Positions 38,374-48,991 are shown, counted from the stretch's first letter. The stretch: 64,000 bases of DNA from an uncultured Mucilaginibacter sp. (GCA_903915155.1 CAIWRU010000018.1:2344-66343), one strand, 5' to 3'. Notes: a model not told the origin generated them from the sequence alone. Translations and numbers: made by a program.

Positions 38374-40347
38374 CTACCGTACCACAACTACCCAGCCCGT
38401 CATTAAAGGGGTGTTGTTTTTAAGGTCGAGGACATAGTAATAAGTGCCTGTAGGCACCTGCTCGCCATTATATTTTCCGTTCCAGGGCTTGCTATACCCA
38501 ATATCGCGGTATACCTGTTGCCCATAGCGGTTAAAAACTGTCATGATGCTCTGCGGATAAGTAATTAGGGCATCGATATTCCACAAGTCGTTAATACCAT
38601 CGCCATTGGGCGAAAACGAATTGGGGATGGTTATTTTCTTATAAACCTTCACAAAAACCTCGTCGGTGCTTGTACCGCAATTTTGGGTTGATGTTGCGTG
38701 CAGTGTATAGGTAATATCATCCGTAGGGTTGGCGATTGGGTTTAATATGTTGGGATCGGAAAGGCCTGTAGTTGGTGTCCATGAAAAAACATCGGCATAC
38801 TGTGCGGTCGCAGTTAATTTTACCGATTGGCCTTCAAAAATAACCTTATCCGGCCCCGCATTTGCAATGGGAGCCTTTAACACATTAATGTTTACAGATG
38901 TAGTGTCGGTACAGCCGTTTTTATCGGTTACAGTAACTTTATAAGTTATATTGTCGGCTGGAGTTGCCACCGGGTTCGACATGGTTGAATCAGACAACGT
39001 TTTCCCGGGCGACCAACTATATGATACTCCTCCGGTTGCATGCAGGTTGGTGTTAGTGCCTTCGCAAATAGTAAGATCAGCAGTAGCGGTAATTACAGGT
39101 GTTGGGTTTACGGCAACCTGTACCGGGTTTGATGGCGGCGACGGGCAATTATTTTCATTGTACGCTACAACCGTATAGGTGCCTCCGTCCGCAGGGCTTG
39201 CAGCAGGAATAATTAATGGGTTATCGGTGCTGGTGCTTTTATCGGGTTTGGTCCATACGTAAGTTACACCGCCTGTTGCAGTTGCGGAAAGTGTAAAAGG
39301 CTGGCCTTCGCATACTTGGGTTGGCGCAGTGATAATTGGGGGCGCCAATATTTTGGGGCTAACAATTACTTGAAGCGGCGGCGAATAAACCCGGCATTTT
39401 TCAGAGGTGATATTCGCTGCTTCGGCTACACCTATACGGTATTGATAGGTACCTATGGTTGGTGTAAAATTCTGGGGCAAATTGGCCGATGTAGCGCCGG
39501 GTATATCTGTCCAGATTCCATTATTAATATTTTGTTGCCACTGGAAGGCCGGGGCAGTATACGAATTTGCAGGAATAGATGATACCAGTGTAAATGAAAC
39601 CGGGTCGCCGGTACATGCTTGTACGGGAGTTGTTACATTCACACTATTGAACCCGGCGGAGATGGCCGGCCCATAAGCACGGAACGTAATATCGTCCAAA
39701 ACAAGGTCATTACCATTACCACCGTTCGCATCATTGGTCATAGTAACTACAACGTTAGTAACACCGGCAGGCAGCGCGAATGCCGGTGTGGCGTAAAGCT
39801 GCCAGGGCGACTGGCTGGGATCATTCGGCAAAATATCGGGTGTAGTGTACTGTTCAAGCTGCTTACCGTCAGGTGTTGAAATAACAAATGTTATTCTGGG
39901 GTTGATAGTGCCTGCGCTTATGGATTGTTTAATGAGGTTACATATATAAACCGAAAACTGGTAAGTTGTTTCAGGGCACAAAGCGCCTGTGGGTACGGTG
40001 TAGGTAAAAAAAACGTTCGGAGGTGTGCCCGGCGGATTAATGGTAGCGTTTATCCACATCATATAACCGTTGGGATTACCGGTATGGTCATGCACAAGAT
40101 TTTGCCAGGTATCCAAGTGGCAATTGTTAGTGTTGTCAATGCTGCTTACAATGCTATAATAGCCATCATTAGGGCAACCTGTAGTATAGGTCATATTAGT
40201 TTTAGCCCCCAAAGCCGGCCCCGGGCTTGGGCCCGACCCAAAATCTTCGGTATATATCGGGTCGCCGAGGCTGCCTTGCGCCGAGGCAGTAAACGACATG
40301 GCCATCATTACCACCACGAAAAAATATACAACAAATATGGAGCGCAT
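38374..40347 (-). CDS. T9SS cargo with Ig-like repeats and gliding-motility (type B) C-terminal domain
   Basis: IPNSFSPNGDGINDLW...FNRYG...WNG...GTYYY C-terminus; GGNGNDLVLDDITF; YSWSP/NPVATP repeats. Confidence 0.88.
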   Translation of the reverse strand: MRSIFVVYFFVVVMMAMSFTASAQGSLGDPIYTEDFGSGPSPGPALGAKTNMTYTTGCPNDGYYSIVSSIDNTNNCHLDTWQNLVHDHTGNPNGYMMWINATINPPGTPPNVFFTYTVPTGALCPETTYQFSVYICNLIKQSISAGTINPRITFVISTPDGKQLEQYTTPDILPNDPSQSPWQLYATPAFALPAGVTNVVVTMTNDANGGNGNDLVLDDITFRAYGPAISAGFNSVNVTTPVQACTGDPVSFTLVSSIPANSYTAPAFQWQQNINNGIWTDIPGATSANLPQNFTPTIGTYQYRIGVAEAANITSEKCRVYSPPLQVIVSPKILAPPIITAPTQVCEGQPFTLSATATGGVTYVWTKPDKSTSTDNPLIIPAASPADGGTYTVVAYNENNCPSPPSNPVQVAVNPTPVITATADLTICEGTNTNLHATGGVSYSWSPGKTLSDSTMSNPVATPADNITYKVTVTDKNGCTDTTSVNINVLKAPIANAGPDKVIFEGQSVKLTATAQYADVFSWTPTTGLSDPNILNPIANPTDDITYTLHATSTQNCGTSTDEVFVKVYKKITIPNSFSPNGDGINDLWNIDALITYPQSIMTVFNRYGQQVYRDIGYSKPWNGKYNGEQVPTGTYYYVLDLKNNTPLMTGWVVVVR

Positions 40348-40569
40348 TTAGTAGCCCGGGATTTATAAAGGATACCAAAAATATAATAATAAACCGATGA
40401 TACGCCAAAACCACGCCGCGTAACGTATTTTTTGCATAAATGATAATTATAGCATAATTAATAGAGCTATTTGGAATAGTATTTGCCGGCAAAATGATAC
40501 TGATACTATTGCCCGCAACTAATTGTAGTAAAACAAATTGTATTTTTGCTTCACCTGATTAATTTGCCT

Positions 40570-42627
40570 GTGAAAAAACTTTACCTAACTGTATTTCTTG
40601 TTTATGCCTTTAGCGCGGTTTCGTTTGCACAAAAGCAGGTCGACTCCTTAAAAAAAGACAGCGCCAGGCTGCTCAACGAGGTGATAATAAAAGGCTATTT
40701 ATCTGATCAGCCCGTACTGGCTGTACCCGCATCGGTTAGTGTGCTTAGCCCCGACCAGTTAAAATTACAACCTGCCAACTCATTAGTATCTGCCATGAAT
40801 ACCGTTCCGGGTGTGCGAATGGAAGAGCGTTCGCCGGGGAGTTACCGTTTATCCATTCGCGGCAGTTTACTGCGGTCGCCGTTTGGGATACGGGATGTGA
40901 AAATATATTATGATGAGTTGCCTTTGACCGACGCTGGCGGCAATACTTACCTTAATGCTATCGATTTTAATAGCGTACAAGGCGTTGAAGTGCTGAAGGG
41001 CCCAGACGGTAGCTTGTTTGGCGCCAACTCGGGCGGCGTGGTTCTCATCAGCCCGGTAAGCCGTTATGCCGACAGCAGTTTTGTATCGGCGGGGATTGAC
41101 GGCGGGTCGTATTCTCTTGTGCATGAAAATTTAGCTTACCAAAACCACACCACAAACAACCAGTTTAATTTTAACCAGGCTTACGAAACTTATGGCGGTT
41201 ACCGGCAAAACAGCAGCATGCACCGCAATTACTTCCAGGCTACTGACAAATATACTTATGCTAAAAATGCTGACCTGAAAGCGCTGGTTTTTTATTCAGA
41301 CCTGTTTTATAAAACGCCCGGTGGATTAACCTTAGCCCAGGAAGAAGCCGACCCACAGAATGCAAGGCTGCCTACGGCGTTTACGCCGGGCGCTATTCAA
41401 CAAAAAATTGCTATCGGCACAAAAATGTGGTTTGGCGGCCTGGTTAACGAGGTGCATATAACCGATAACATTCGTAACGTGCTGGCTGTGTATGGCAGCT
41501 ATGTTAATTTTTATAATCCCTTTATCACCAATTATGAGAACAGGTATGAGAGCACCTATGGCATGCGTACTTATTTTGAAATTACGGGTGATAAAACCAA
41601 AAGCTATTTTTGGAAAGCCTATGTAGGGTTGGAATGGCAGCAAACCGATGCCGACATAAACAATTACGGCAACGTAATGGGTGCAAGGGATACCGCACAA
41701 ACGCTGGATAAAATCAACACCAACCAACATTTTATTTTCGGCAGATACAGTGCCGACCTGCTTAAGCACCTGCACATTGAGGGCGCTTTGAGCTTGAATT
41801 ATTACGATTACAAATTCAGGAACGTATACCCGAATAATGAGGCGGGATTTACCAATCGGCCGTTTAACATGGAGTTGATGCCAAGACTGGCTTTATCGTA
41901 CCAAATAACTAACGACTTTGCCTGGCGGCTATCGGTTAGCAGGGGATATTCAACACCTACTACAGCCGAGATAAGGCCTACCGACAACGTGATCAACACC
42001 AACCTGCAGGCCGAATATGGCTGGAATTATGAAACCGGGTTCAGGCTACGCAACGAGGATGAAAGTATGTACCTGGATGTATCGGGGTTTTTATATAAAC
42101 TGCAAAACGCCATTATACTGCACATAAACCCCGATGAAACGGAAACTTATCTAAACTCGGGTGGCACCAATCAACCGGGCTTTGAGTTGTTTTTTACGGA
42201 TTGGCTGATAAGCCAGAACAGTTCGGGATTCGTAAGGGGGCTGCAGTTTAATGAATCGGCTACGTATGATAAGTTTACTTTCAGCAATACGCATAACCAG
42301 CTTACGGGCGTACCGCAACAAGTATATGTTACCAGCGTACAGATAAAATTACCGCAGCAGATCTATTTTTACGTTGAACATAACTACACCGCCCGCATAC
42401 CATTGAACGATGCCAACAGTGTTTTTGCCCCGCACTATAATTTACTAGCCGCCAAAGCCGGATGGCAGCATGTGTTTATAAAGACAAGGCTTGAACTATA
42501 CGGCGGGGTTGATAATATTTTGAATGAGAAATATAGTTTGGGTGATGATTTGAACGCGGTAGGGAACAGGTATTATAACCCTGCGCCTTTGAGGAATTAT
42601 TTTGTAGGGTTGAAGGTGACCATATAA
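40570..42627 (+). CDS. TonB-dependent receptor (non-SusC type)
   Basis: Plug motifs PGV..SIRG, VEVLKGPDGSLFG; C-terminal GVDNILNEKY...RNYFVG; probable GTG start at 40570 (ORF track starts at 40546). Confidence 0.9.
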   Translation: MKKLYLTVFLVYAFSAVSFAQKQVDSLKKDSARLLNEVIIKGYLSDQPVLAVPASVSVLSPDQLKLQPANSLVSAMNTVPGVRMEERSPGSYRLSIRGSLLRSPFGIRDVKIYYDELPLTDAGGNTYLNAIDFNSVQGVEVLKGPDGSLFGANSGGVVLISPVSRYADSSFVSAGIDGGSYSLVHENLAYQNHTTNNQFNFNQAYETYGGYRQNSSMHRNYFQATDKYTYAKNADLKALVFYSDLFYKTPGGLTLAQEEADPQNARLPTAFTPGAIQQKIAIGTKMWFGGLVNEVHITDNIRNVLAVYGSYVNFYNPFITNYENRYESTYGMRTYFEITGDKTKSYFWKAYVGLEWQQTDADINNYGNVMGARDTAQTLDKINTNQHFIFGRYSADLLKHLHIEGALSLNYYDYKFRNVYPNNEAGFTNRPFNMELMPRLALSYQITNDFAWRLSVSRGYSTPTTAEIRPTDNVINTNLQAEYGWNYETGFRLRNEDESMYLDVSGFLYKLQNAIILHINPDETETYLNSGGTNQPGFELFFTDWLISQNSSGFVRGLQFNESATYDKFTFSNTHNQLTGVPQQVYVTSVQIKLPQQIYFYVEHNYTARIPLNDANSVFAPHYNLLAAKAGWQHVFIKTRLELYGGVDNILNEKYSLGDDLNAVGNRYYNPAPLRNYFVGLKVTI

Positions 42628-42645
42628 GGTCCGGCCCCCTGATTT

Positions 42646-42730
42646 TGTCATGCTGAGGAACGAAGCATCTTCTACGCCATGCATATCGTCTACCTATTTT
42701 AGAAGATCCTTCACTACGTTCAGGATGACA
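42646..42730. repeat. Palindromic MITE-like element
   Basis: tgtcatgctgaggaacgaagcatct (42646-42670) / agatccttcactacgttcaggatgaca (42704-42730), imperfect inverted repeats. Confidence 0.7.
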
Positions 42731-42752
42731 AACGAGTGTGGGTGGACGTGGT

Positions 42753-42840
42753 TGCGTTAGGGATTGCAGCGGATACCGGCCATGTGGCTAAGGCCTTGCG
42801 CAGTATGAGCGGAAAGCCCGACCCGTAGGGTAACGCCCAA
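42753..42840. repeat. Second GC-rich intergenic repeat-like element
   Basis: gcgttagggattgcagcggat...gcggaaagcccgacccgtagggtaacgccc; short terminal complementarity; resembles a dispersed Sphingobacteriaceae repeat from memory. Confidence 0.45.
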
Positions 42841-42922
42841 ATTATCATTCAATTAACAAACCCGCATTCTTCTCCAAAAAGAAAAACACAGAAGATAATT
42901 AAATGAAAATTTCAATAGGATA

Positions 42923-42960
42923 GCAATAAGCGTATCTCACGACAAAAATACGCTTATTGC
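42923..42960 (-). terminator. Hairpin at the 3' end of the GH20 gene
   Basis: gcaataagcgtat / atacgcttattgc perfect 13-bp stem overlapping the stop codon. Confidence 0.55.
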
Positions 42961-45542
42961 TTTGATGGTACTGTTTCTGAAACGTTACTGCCGCGGCCTT
43001 TATTATCAAAAGCGCGGAATTTTACATTGTGTCCGGTTACTGTAACACCATCGTTATATACCTTGCTTTTTGCATCCGGGTCCTTGCCATCGGTGGTGTA
43101 ACGGATGGTAAACCCGGGGAATTGCATGTTAGCCAGGTACTTGCCATCCTGCAAAATTACTCCTGGTTTTGGTATGCGATAGTTGTAGCCGCCGCTGTAA
43201 TAAGTTAGGCGCGGCAACTCGCGTTTGCCTAAAATATTTACAAAATTGGCCCAGGCCTGTTGGTAGCCAGCGTTGCTTTTAGTGGTATCAGGTTCGGTGG
43301 CCCAATCAGGGTTTGGCGCCCAGCTGCGTTCGGCAAGGCTAAGCAGCGACGGGAATATCATGTATTCGGCACGTTCAGGCGTTTTGATATTCTCGCCCCA
43401 TAAACAACCCTGCAAGCCGAGGATATTTGTTTTGCCGTAATCGGTTAAACGTTGTTTGCCAACAAAAATATTGGGGTTTAGCGGCTGACCGTTTTTATCG
43501 AGCTTGGTATTTTTAAAGTAATCGAAAGGGATGAAAGAGAATGGCTTATCCACATCAATATAAGCGCCCCAGTAATAGCCAGGCTCGTCGAACGATTTGT
43601 AGTGTGCCATATCGAAATACAAATTGGTTACCGATGCCAGTACTACTTTGTAGCCGCCGTTAGCCAGTTTGTAAGCCAGGTCTTCCTGCCCGTCGCCTAA
43701 AACGTTGTTCCAAACTTCGGACTGGATATGGTTGCCCTCAAAATCAGGGTTGGGGATGTTGTAAGGTTTGCCATCGAGTATGGTTTTGCGCAGGGTCATT
43801 TCTTCCCAGCCGGCCAGCTGCAGGCCACGGGCTTTTAACATTTGCCCTAAGCGTCCATAAAAGTAGTACCACATATCGTTTGTACTTTGTATTTCGGGAT
43901 GGGCGGCTTTTAGTGTTAAATACGCAGGAGACTTTTCCCAAACATGGGCGGGCACTTCGTCGCCGCCAAAGTTGATGGTGGTTAAAGGCGCGCCGGCTTC
44001 TTTATAAGTAGAAACGATGTTATTGATGATTTCATCAAAAAAAGTATAGGTTGATGGCAGCGAAACATCGATCACATTGTCGGTCCATGATTGTACCGAT
44101 GCGTATTCCGATTCGTCCTTCATATCATGCAGCGAATATTTTTCAGCTTCGGCCTGTTTGCCTTCGGCTGCTAAACGCGCGTAGCGGGAGTTCATTGATT
44201 TTACAGCAGCACGGGCATGGCCGGGCGACTCAATCTCGGGAACAACCATAATATGACGCGCGGTAGCATATTTCAATATCTCCACATAATCTGCATGCGT
44301 GTAAAAGCCGCTGCCTGCCAGTTGACCAACATCGGGCCCTGAACCATGCGATGCAGGCAGGTGGGTTTTGCTATCAAGCGTATGGCCACGCTGTGCACCT
44401 ACCGAGGTTAACTCTGGCAGGGCTGGTATCTCTATTCGCCAACCTTCATCATCGGTTAAATGGAAATGGAACACGTTCAATTTATATAGCGCCATGGCAT
44501 CCAGCAGTTTTAAAACTTCCTGTTTGGTTTGGAAGTTACGGGCAACATCAAGCAACAATGCACGGTAAACAAACCGGGGCTGGTCCTTAACTTCGACACA
44601 AGGTATTTGAATAGCTTTTTGCGGATGGGAGTAGGCTGATGCCGGAATTAATGTTTTGAGCGACTGGATGCCATAAAAAGCACCCGCCGGGGTTGACGCG
44701 GTGATGGTGATATGATCGGCAGTTACATCAAGGTTATAGGCTTCTGCACCCATGCCATCAGCATGTTTAAGGTAAATGTTATTGCTTACTGCGGCTGTTT
44801 TTAGTTCCGTGCCCAATAATTTCTTAAGATCCGTTTTTAGTCCTTCAACTTCGTTGCCAAAACCAGGATCGGCCATAATGGCTAATTTGTTGGTCAATAC
44901 AAAAAAGCCGTCAGTTTCTTTATAACTAGCCGGTGTGGGAAATACTTTAGTTAATTGTGTTTCCGGTACATCGGCTATGGCTTTATTTTGATTATAAATG
45001 ATTGCAGGAGTAACAAGGCCTATATAGCTCGGTGAGAATGGTTTAATACTGAAATTGCCGATTGCATAGCCTTTTTCGGGCTGTGCATCCCAAACCAGGT
45101 AAAAGCCCTCGGGCGAATCGCTGATGTTCACTACTTCATCGCCCAAAAATTCAATCCGTGCCGTTGCACCGGGTTTTAGTTCGGTAAAAGTGGTGGTTGG
45201 CGTTACACTGAACAGGTCGCCATTTAACTGGTTGATGACGGCATTGCCCGTTACGGTTGCCGGGGTAATATCGCGCGCCGAGTTAAAATATAGTTTCCAT
45301 CCTGAAGAGGGAAGCGTTTGGCGACCATTGTTGGTAATATTGAGCGCGTTTAATGATTGGCCCTTGTTGTAATTATTTTGTACAGCTTCCCAGCTAATGC
45401 TGATATTGCGTGCATTGAACGCGGGTTGATTGGTTTGGGCCATTGCACTGGTACAAAAAGCCGAGGCAAGAAACAGGATAATAAAGCGGCGCATGAAAAA
45501 TTTGATATGAGGTTCGACAATAAATTGCAAACTAAAATACAA
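42954..45542 (-). CDS. Beta-N-acetylhexosaminidase / chitobiase (GH20)
   Basis: LLDVARNF, HFHLTDDEGWR, PEIESPGHA, FGGDEVP catalytic DE pair, QGCLWGE. Confidence 0.93.
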   Translation of the reverse strand: MYFSLQFIVEPHIKFFMRRFIILFLASAFCTSAMAQTNQPAFNARNISISWEAVQNNYNKGQSLNALNITNNGRQTLPSSGWKLYFNSARDITPATVTGNAVINQLNGDLFSVTPTTTFTELKPGATARIEFLGDEVVNISDSPEGFYLVWDAQPEKGYAIGNFSIKPFSPSYIGLVTPAIIYNQNKAIADVPETQLTKVFPTPASYKETDGFFVLTNKLAIMADPGFGNEVEGLKTDLKKLLGTELKTAAVSNNIYLKHADGMGAEAYNLDVTADHITITASTPAGAFYGIQSLKTLIPASAYSHPQKAIQIPCVEVKDQPRFVYRALLLDVARNFQTKQEVLKLLDAMALYKLNVFHFHLTDDEGWRIEIPALPELTSVGAQRGHTLDSKTHLPASHGSGPDVGQLAGSGFYTHADYVEILKYATARHIMVVPEIESPGHARAAVKSMNSRYARLAAEGKQAEAEKYSLHDMKDESEYASVQSWTDNVIDVSLPSTYTFFDEIINNIVSTYKEAGAPLTTINFGGDEVPAHVWEKSPAYLTLKAAHPEIQSTNDMWYYFYGRLGQMLKARGLQLAGWEEMTLRKTILDGKPYNIPNPDFEGNHIQSEVWNNVLGDGQEDLAYKLANGGYKVVLASVTNLYFDMAHYKSFDEPGYYWGAYIDVDKPFSFIPFDYFKNTKLDKNGQPLNPNIFVGKQRLTDYGKTNILGLQGCLWGENIKTPERAEYMIFPSLLSLAERSWAPNPDWATEPDTTKSNAGYQQAWANFVNILGKRELPRLTYYSGGYNYRIPKPGVILQDGKYLANMQFPGFTIRYTTDGKDPDAKSKVYNDGVTVTGHNVKFRAFDNKGRGSNVSETVPSKQ

Positions 45543-45576
45543 ATTTTAATATGACTACCCTACTTTTTAAAATATT

Positions 45577-46494
45577 TTAAAAAGAAAATTTTATCCAGCC
45601 GCTACCTTCATACCCAAATGTAAAGAGTTTTGGATGAATGATCTCGGCCATTATCTCGATCGAATCAACAATTCGCGGACCGGGGCGGTTAAAATATTGG
45701 TTGCCATCGGCAATATAAACCCGGTTGTTTTTTACGGCCTGCATATCGGCAAAGCCGGGCAGGTTTAACAACAGGTCTATCTCGCGTATGGTGCGTTCGA
45801 TGGAAAAACCGCAGGGCATAACCACAATAATTTCCGGGTTTGATTGCTGTATATCCTCCCATTTTACAAATGGCGAATGTTTGCCTGCTTCGGCCAGCAG
45901 GCTATTTCCACCTGCAATGCCGACCAGTTCGGGTATCCAGTTGCCCGATACCATGAGTGGTTCCAACCATTCGATACAAGCCACAGTCGGGCGGGTCTCG
46001 ACATATTTTAATTTATGGCGGATAATGTCGACACGCTCCTGTAAATTTTCGATCAGCTCATTGCCAGCTGCTTCAGCATTAAGGGCAGCGGCTACTGTTG
46101 CAATGTCGGTAAAAATATCATCAAGCTTATTGGGTTGCAGGGAAACAATGCGCGATTGTTTGTCAAGGTAATTATCCAACGCTTCTTCCACTTCCTTTAA
46201 TGATACGGCGCAAACTTCGCATTGTGCCTGGGTAATGACCACATCGGGCGATAATTGTTTTATAACCTCGCGCTTTACAGTATAAACTGATAAGGCATCT
46301 GCCAGTATCTCCTTTACTTTTATGTCGATCTCGTTACTGCTTAAATTATCGGGGAAGTTGGCTTCGGAACAAACGGGCAGGTGTTTGATACTTTCGGGAT
46401 AATCACATTCGTGCGACCGGCCCACCAGGCTATCTTCGAGGCCAAGGGCACAAACAATTTCGGTAGCGGCAGGCAGAAGGGAGATGATTCTCAT
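45577..46494 (-). CDS. BtuF-like cobalamin/Fe-siderophore periplasmic binding protein
   Basis: MRIISLLPAATEIV...VGRSHECDYP, QAQCEVCAV, FNRPGPR; start placed at 46494. Confidence 0.85.
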   Translation of the reverse strand: MRIISLLPAATEIVCALGLEDSLVGRSHECDYPESIKHLPVCSEANFPDNLSSNEIDIKVKEILADALSVYTVKREVIKQLSPDVVITQAQCEVCAVSLKEVEEALDNYLDKQSRIVSLQPNKLDDIFTDIATVAAALNAEAAGNELIENLQERVDIIRHKLKYVETRPTVACIEWLEPLMVSGNWIPELVGIAGGNSLLAEAGKHSPFVKWEDIQQSNPEIIVVMPCGFSIERTIREIDLLLNLPGFADMQAVKNNRVYIADGNQYFNRPGPRIVDSIEIMAEIIHPKLFTFGYEGSGWIKFSF

Positions 46495-46500
46495 TTTTTT

Positions 46501-46673
46501 GATGTGCAAATATGCAGATGTGCAAATGTGCGGATTTTATTAATTATTGAATTACTGATTTATTGAATTATTGAATGGGTTGGTGCCATTCCTTCTACAT
46601 TACCAACCGTGAAATTCATCTGCACATCCGCACATCTGCACATTTGCACATCCTTCTTGCATATCTGCACATC
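46501..46673. repeat. Inverted 8-bp repeat arrays enclosing a second 8-bp array
   Basis: gatgtgca-type x4 (46501-46535), attattga-type x4 (46543-46576), tgcacatc-type x6 (46617-46673). Confidence 0.8.
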
Positions 46674-46693
46674 CAAGCGCTATCTTTACAGGA

Positions 46694-47320
46694 ATGATAT
46701 TCCTTACCTTTTTCATAGGGCTGATAGCAAATTTTATTGGTTATATACCACCCGGGAACATTAACCTTGCGGTGGTACAGGTTACCCTGAACCGCGGGTT
46801 GAAACAAGCGCTGCAATTCATTATCGCTTTTTCGTGCGTGGAGTTTTTTTTTACTTACTTTATTATGCACGCCGCACGTTGGCTGTCGGGACAGGTGCAT
46901 TTGGATACAGTGATAGATTGGGTGATGGTGATTTTGTTTACCGTTTTGGGTGTTATTACCTGGCTGCACCGTAAAAAACCACCGGAAACTAATTACTCCG
47001 AGCGTGACAGCATAAAATATGGCATACTGCTGGGTTTTTTAAACCCCATGCAGATACCTTTCTGGATGATAACAGGTACTTACCTCATCACCCATGAATG
47101 GATAGAAGATGGCAGGATAGCGCTGGTAATATTTAGTATTGGCAGTGCTGCCGGGGCATTTTTATGCCTGTTTTTGTATGCCAAGTTTGCGGAATATATT
47201 CAAAGCAAATTTGCGCTAAGTACCAAAGTGATCAATACGGGCATAGCCATCTTGTTTTTCTCGTTCGCGGCATATCATGTGGTGAAACAAGTTTACCTGG
47301 TGTTTTTTAAACATAGATAA
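46694..47320 (+). CDS. LysE family translocator
   Basis: IPPGNINLAVVQ, GFLNPMQIPFW; multi-TM. Confidence 0.85.
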   Translation: MIFLTFFIGLIANFIGYIPPGNINLAVVQVTLNRGLKQALQFIIAFSCVEFFFTYFIMHAARWLSGQVHLDTVIDWVMVILFTVLGVITWLHRKKPPETNYSERDSIKYGILLGFLNPMQIPFWMITGTYLITHEWIEDGRIALVIFSIGSAAGAFLCLFLYAKFAEYIQSKFALSTKVINTGIAILFFSFAAYHVVKQVYLVFFKHR

Positions 47321-47335
47321 CTTCAAACAAAAGCG

Positions 47336-47358
47336 CCCCCTTTAGGGGGTTGGGGGGC
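47336..47358. repeat. 23-bp REP-like element, copy 2
   Basis: Identical to 23332-23354; supplies the last codons (SPPTP) and stop of the 47342-48991 gene. Confidence 0.8.
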
Positions 47359-48991
47359 TTTTCTTCACCCTCCTCAATTCCAATAAATTCAACGAATTCT
47401 TACTATACCCTGTTATATTATTCTGGTACAAGTTCACCAGCTTATCATAATATAAAATTACCACCGGCGATTGCTGCATAATGATATTATCCATCTGCTG
47501 GTAAAGGCGGTAACGGGCGCTGTCGTTGGTCACATGGTAGCTTTTCACAAACAGCTCATCAAACTGTTTACAATTAAACCCGGTATAGTTTGGGCCGTAA
47601 GGCACTTTGTTCTTCGAGTAAAAAACAGAAAGATAATTCTCCGCGTCAGGATAATCCGCTGTCCACGACCCACGGAAAAAGTTTACCCCGTTCTTCGAGA
47701 TCAGTTCGCGCAAACTGGCACCCTGGGTTATTTCTACGCGTGTTTTTATTCCTACACGGTCAAGCTCGCCCTGTATATATTCAATCAGGTCGCGATAACT
47801 TGTGGTGGTAGTAAGCAATATCTCGGGCATCCCCTTACCGTTTGGGAAGCCCGCTTGCGCCAGCAGCCTACTTGCCTTTTCGGGGTTATAATTATAGCCG
47901 CATACCTTTTTATCATCAAAGCCCGGCATCCCGCGGGGGATAAAACCCGCATAACCCGGCGTACCTACATTATTGCGCAGGTACTTCATCATCTTTTGCT
48001 TGTCAATAGCGTAATTAATGGCCTGTCGCACTTTCAAAAACCGCAGCGGCGAATGTTTTAGTATCGGCAAATTGGTATCTACCAGCATCCCCAAGTATTC
48101 GGTATTTAAAAAGGGATGTATCACCATTATAAATTTACCCTTATACTTTTGGGTGATGTGGCCGCTCTTGGTCAATATATCATCGCGGTAACTGCCATCA
48201 ATACCGTTAAAAAAATCAAGGTCTTTTTTTATGAAGCTCATAAAAGCAGTTTGCTTATCGGGGATGAATGTGGCCCGCACCGCATCTAAATAAGGCATGG
48301 AGTGACCAGTACTATCCTTCTCCCAGTATTTTTCATTTTTCAGCAGCACCAGTACTTCGCCCTCTTTCCAGTATTTAAACCTGAATGGTCCAGTCCCCAC
48401 CGGGTGGCTGCGGAAATCCTTCCCATAAAAATCAACCACCTCATGCGGTACCACGCTGCAATACTGCGCGGTAAGCAGGCTTAGCAACGGCGGGAAAGGC
48501 TGCTGTAATTTTATAAGGAATGTACTATCGTCCAAAGCAATAAAGCCGCTTTTGCCGCATACCTTATCACTAAATATCCACGAACCCGATGAGCCAACAC
48601 TTGGGTCTATTAACCGCCCGAAGCTGTAGGCAAAGTCGGCAGCCACCACGCGCCGGCCAATGCCGTTCTTAAATTGTGCAGCAGCATGGAAATAAACATC
48701 CCGCCGCAAATGGAAAGTATATTGCTCGCCGTTGGTACTAATATCCCAGCTTTTGGCAATGCAGGGCCGTATGCGCAGGCTATCATCAACCTCAACCAAA
48801 CCGTTAAAAATTTGATTATCCATCCACAGCGCATTTTGGTTACGCGCAAACGCCGGATCGAGCGAACTAAGCCCGTCGTTTAAGTTTAGGTTAAATATAG
48901 TTTTGTTGCTATCGCGGTCAGAAGTATGGCAGGCGCTTATAAATAATTGCAAAAATAATATAGCAGGCAAACATTTTACAAGTTTATTCAT
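47342..48991 (-). CDS. ABC transporter solute-binding protein family 5 (peptide/nickel), lipoprotein
   Basis: Lipobox ISAC; SLDPA, AKSWDIS..YTFHLR, PVGTGPF, VRQAINYAID. Confidence 0.9.
   Translation of the reverse strand: MNKLVKCLPAILFLQLFISACHTSDRDSNKTIFNLNLNDGLSSLDPAFARNQNALWMDNQIFNGLVEVDDSLRIRPCIAKSWDISTNGEQYTFHLRRDVYFHAAAQFKNGIGRRVVAADFAYSFGRLIDPSVGSSGSWIFSDKVCGKSGFIALDDSTFLIKLQQPFPPLLSLLTAQYCSVVPHEVVDFYGKDFRSHPVGTGPFRFKYWKEGEVLVLLKNEKYWEKDSTGHSMPYLDAVRATFIPDKQTAFMSFIKKDLDFFNGIDGSYRDDILTKSGHITQKYKGKFIMVIHPFLNTEYLGMLVDTNLPILKHSPLRFLKVRQAINYAIDKQKMMKYLRNNVGTPGYAGFIPRGMPGFDDKKVCGYNYNPEKASRLLAQAGFPNGKGMPEILLTTTTSYRDLIEYIQGELDRVGIKTRVEITQGASLRELISKNGVNFFRGSWTADYPDAENYLSVFYSKNKVPYGPNYTGFNCKQFDELFVKSYHVTNDSARYRLYQQMDNIIMQQSPVVILYYDKLVNLYQNNITGYSKNSLNLLELRRVKKSPPTP

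Noticed and set aside
40546-45542. Polysaccharide utilisation locus (TonB receptor + GH20)
   Set aside because: The genes are convergent, the receptor is short and not SusC-like, and there is no SusD.
46495-46693. CRISPR array or cobalamin riboswitch upstream of the BtuF-like gene
   Set aside because: Units are 8 bp with no spacers, there are no cas genes, and no B12-box was seen.
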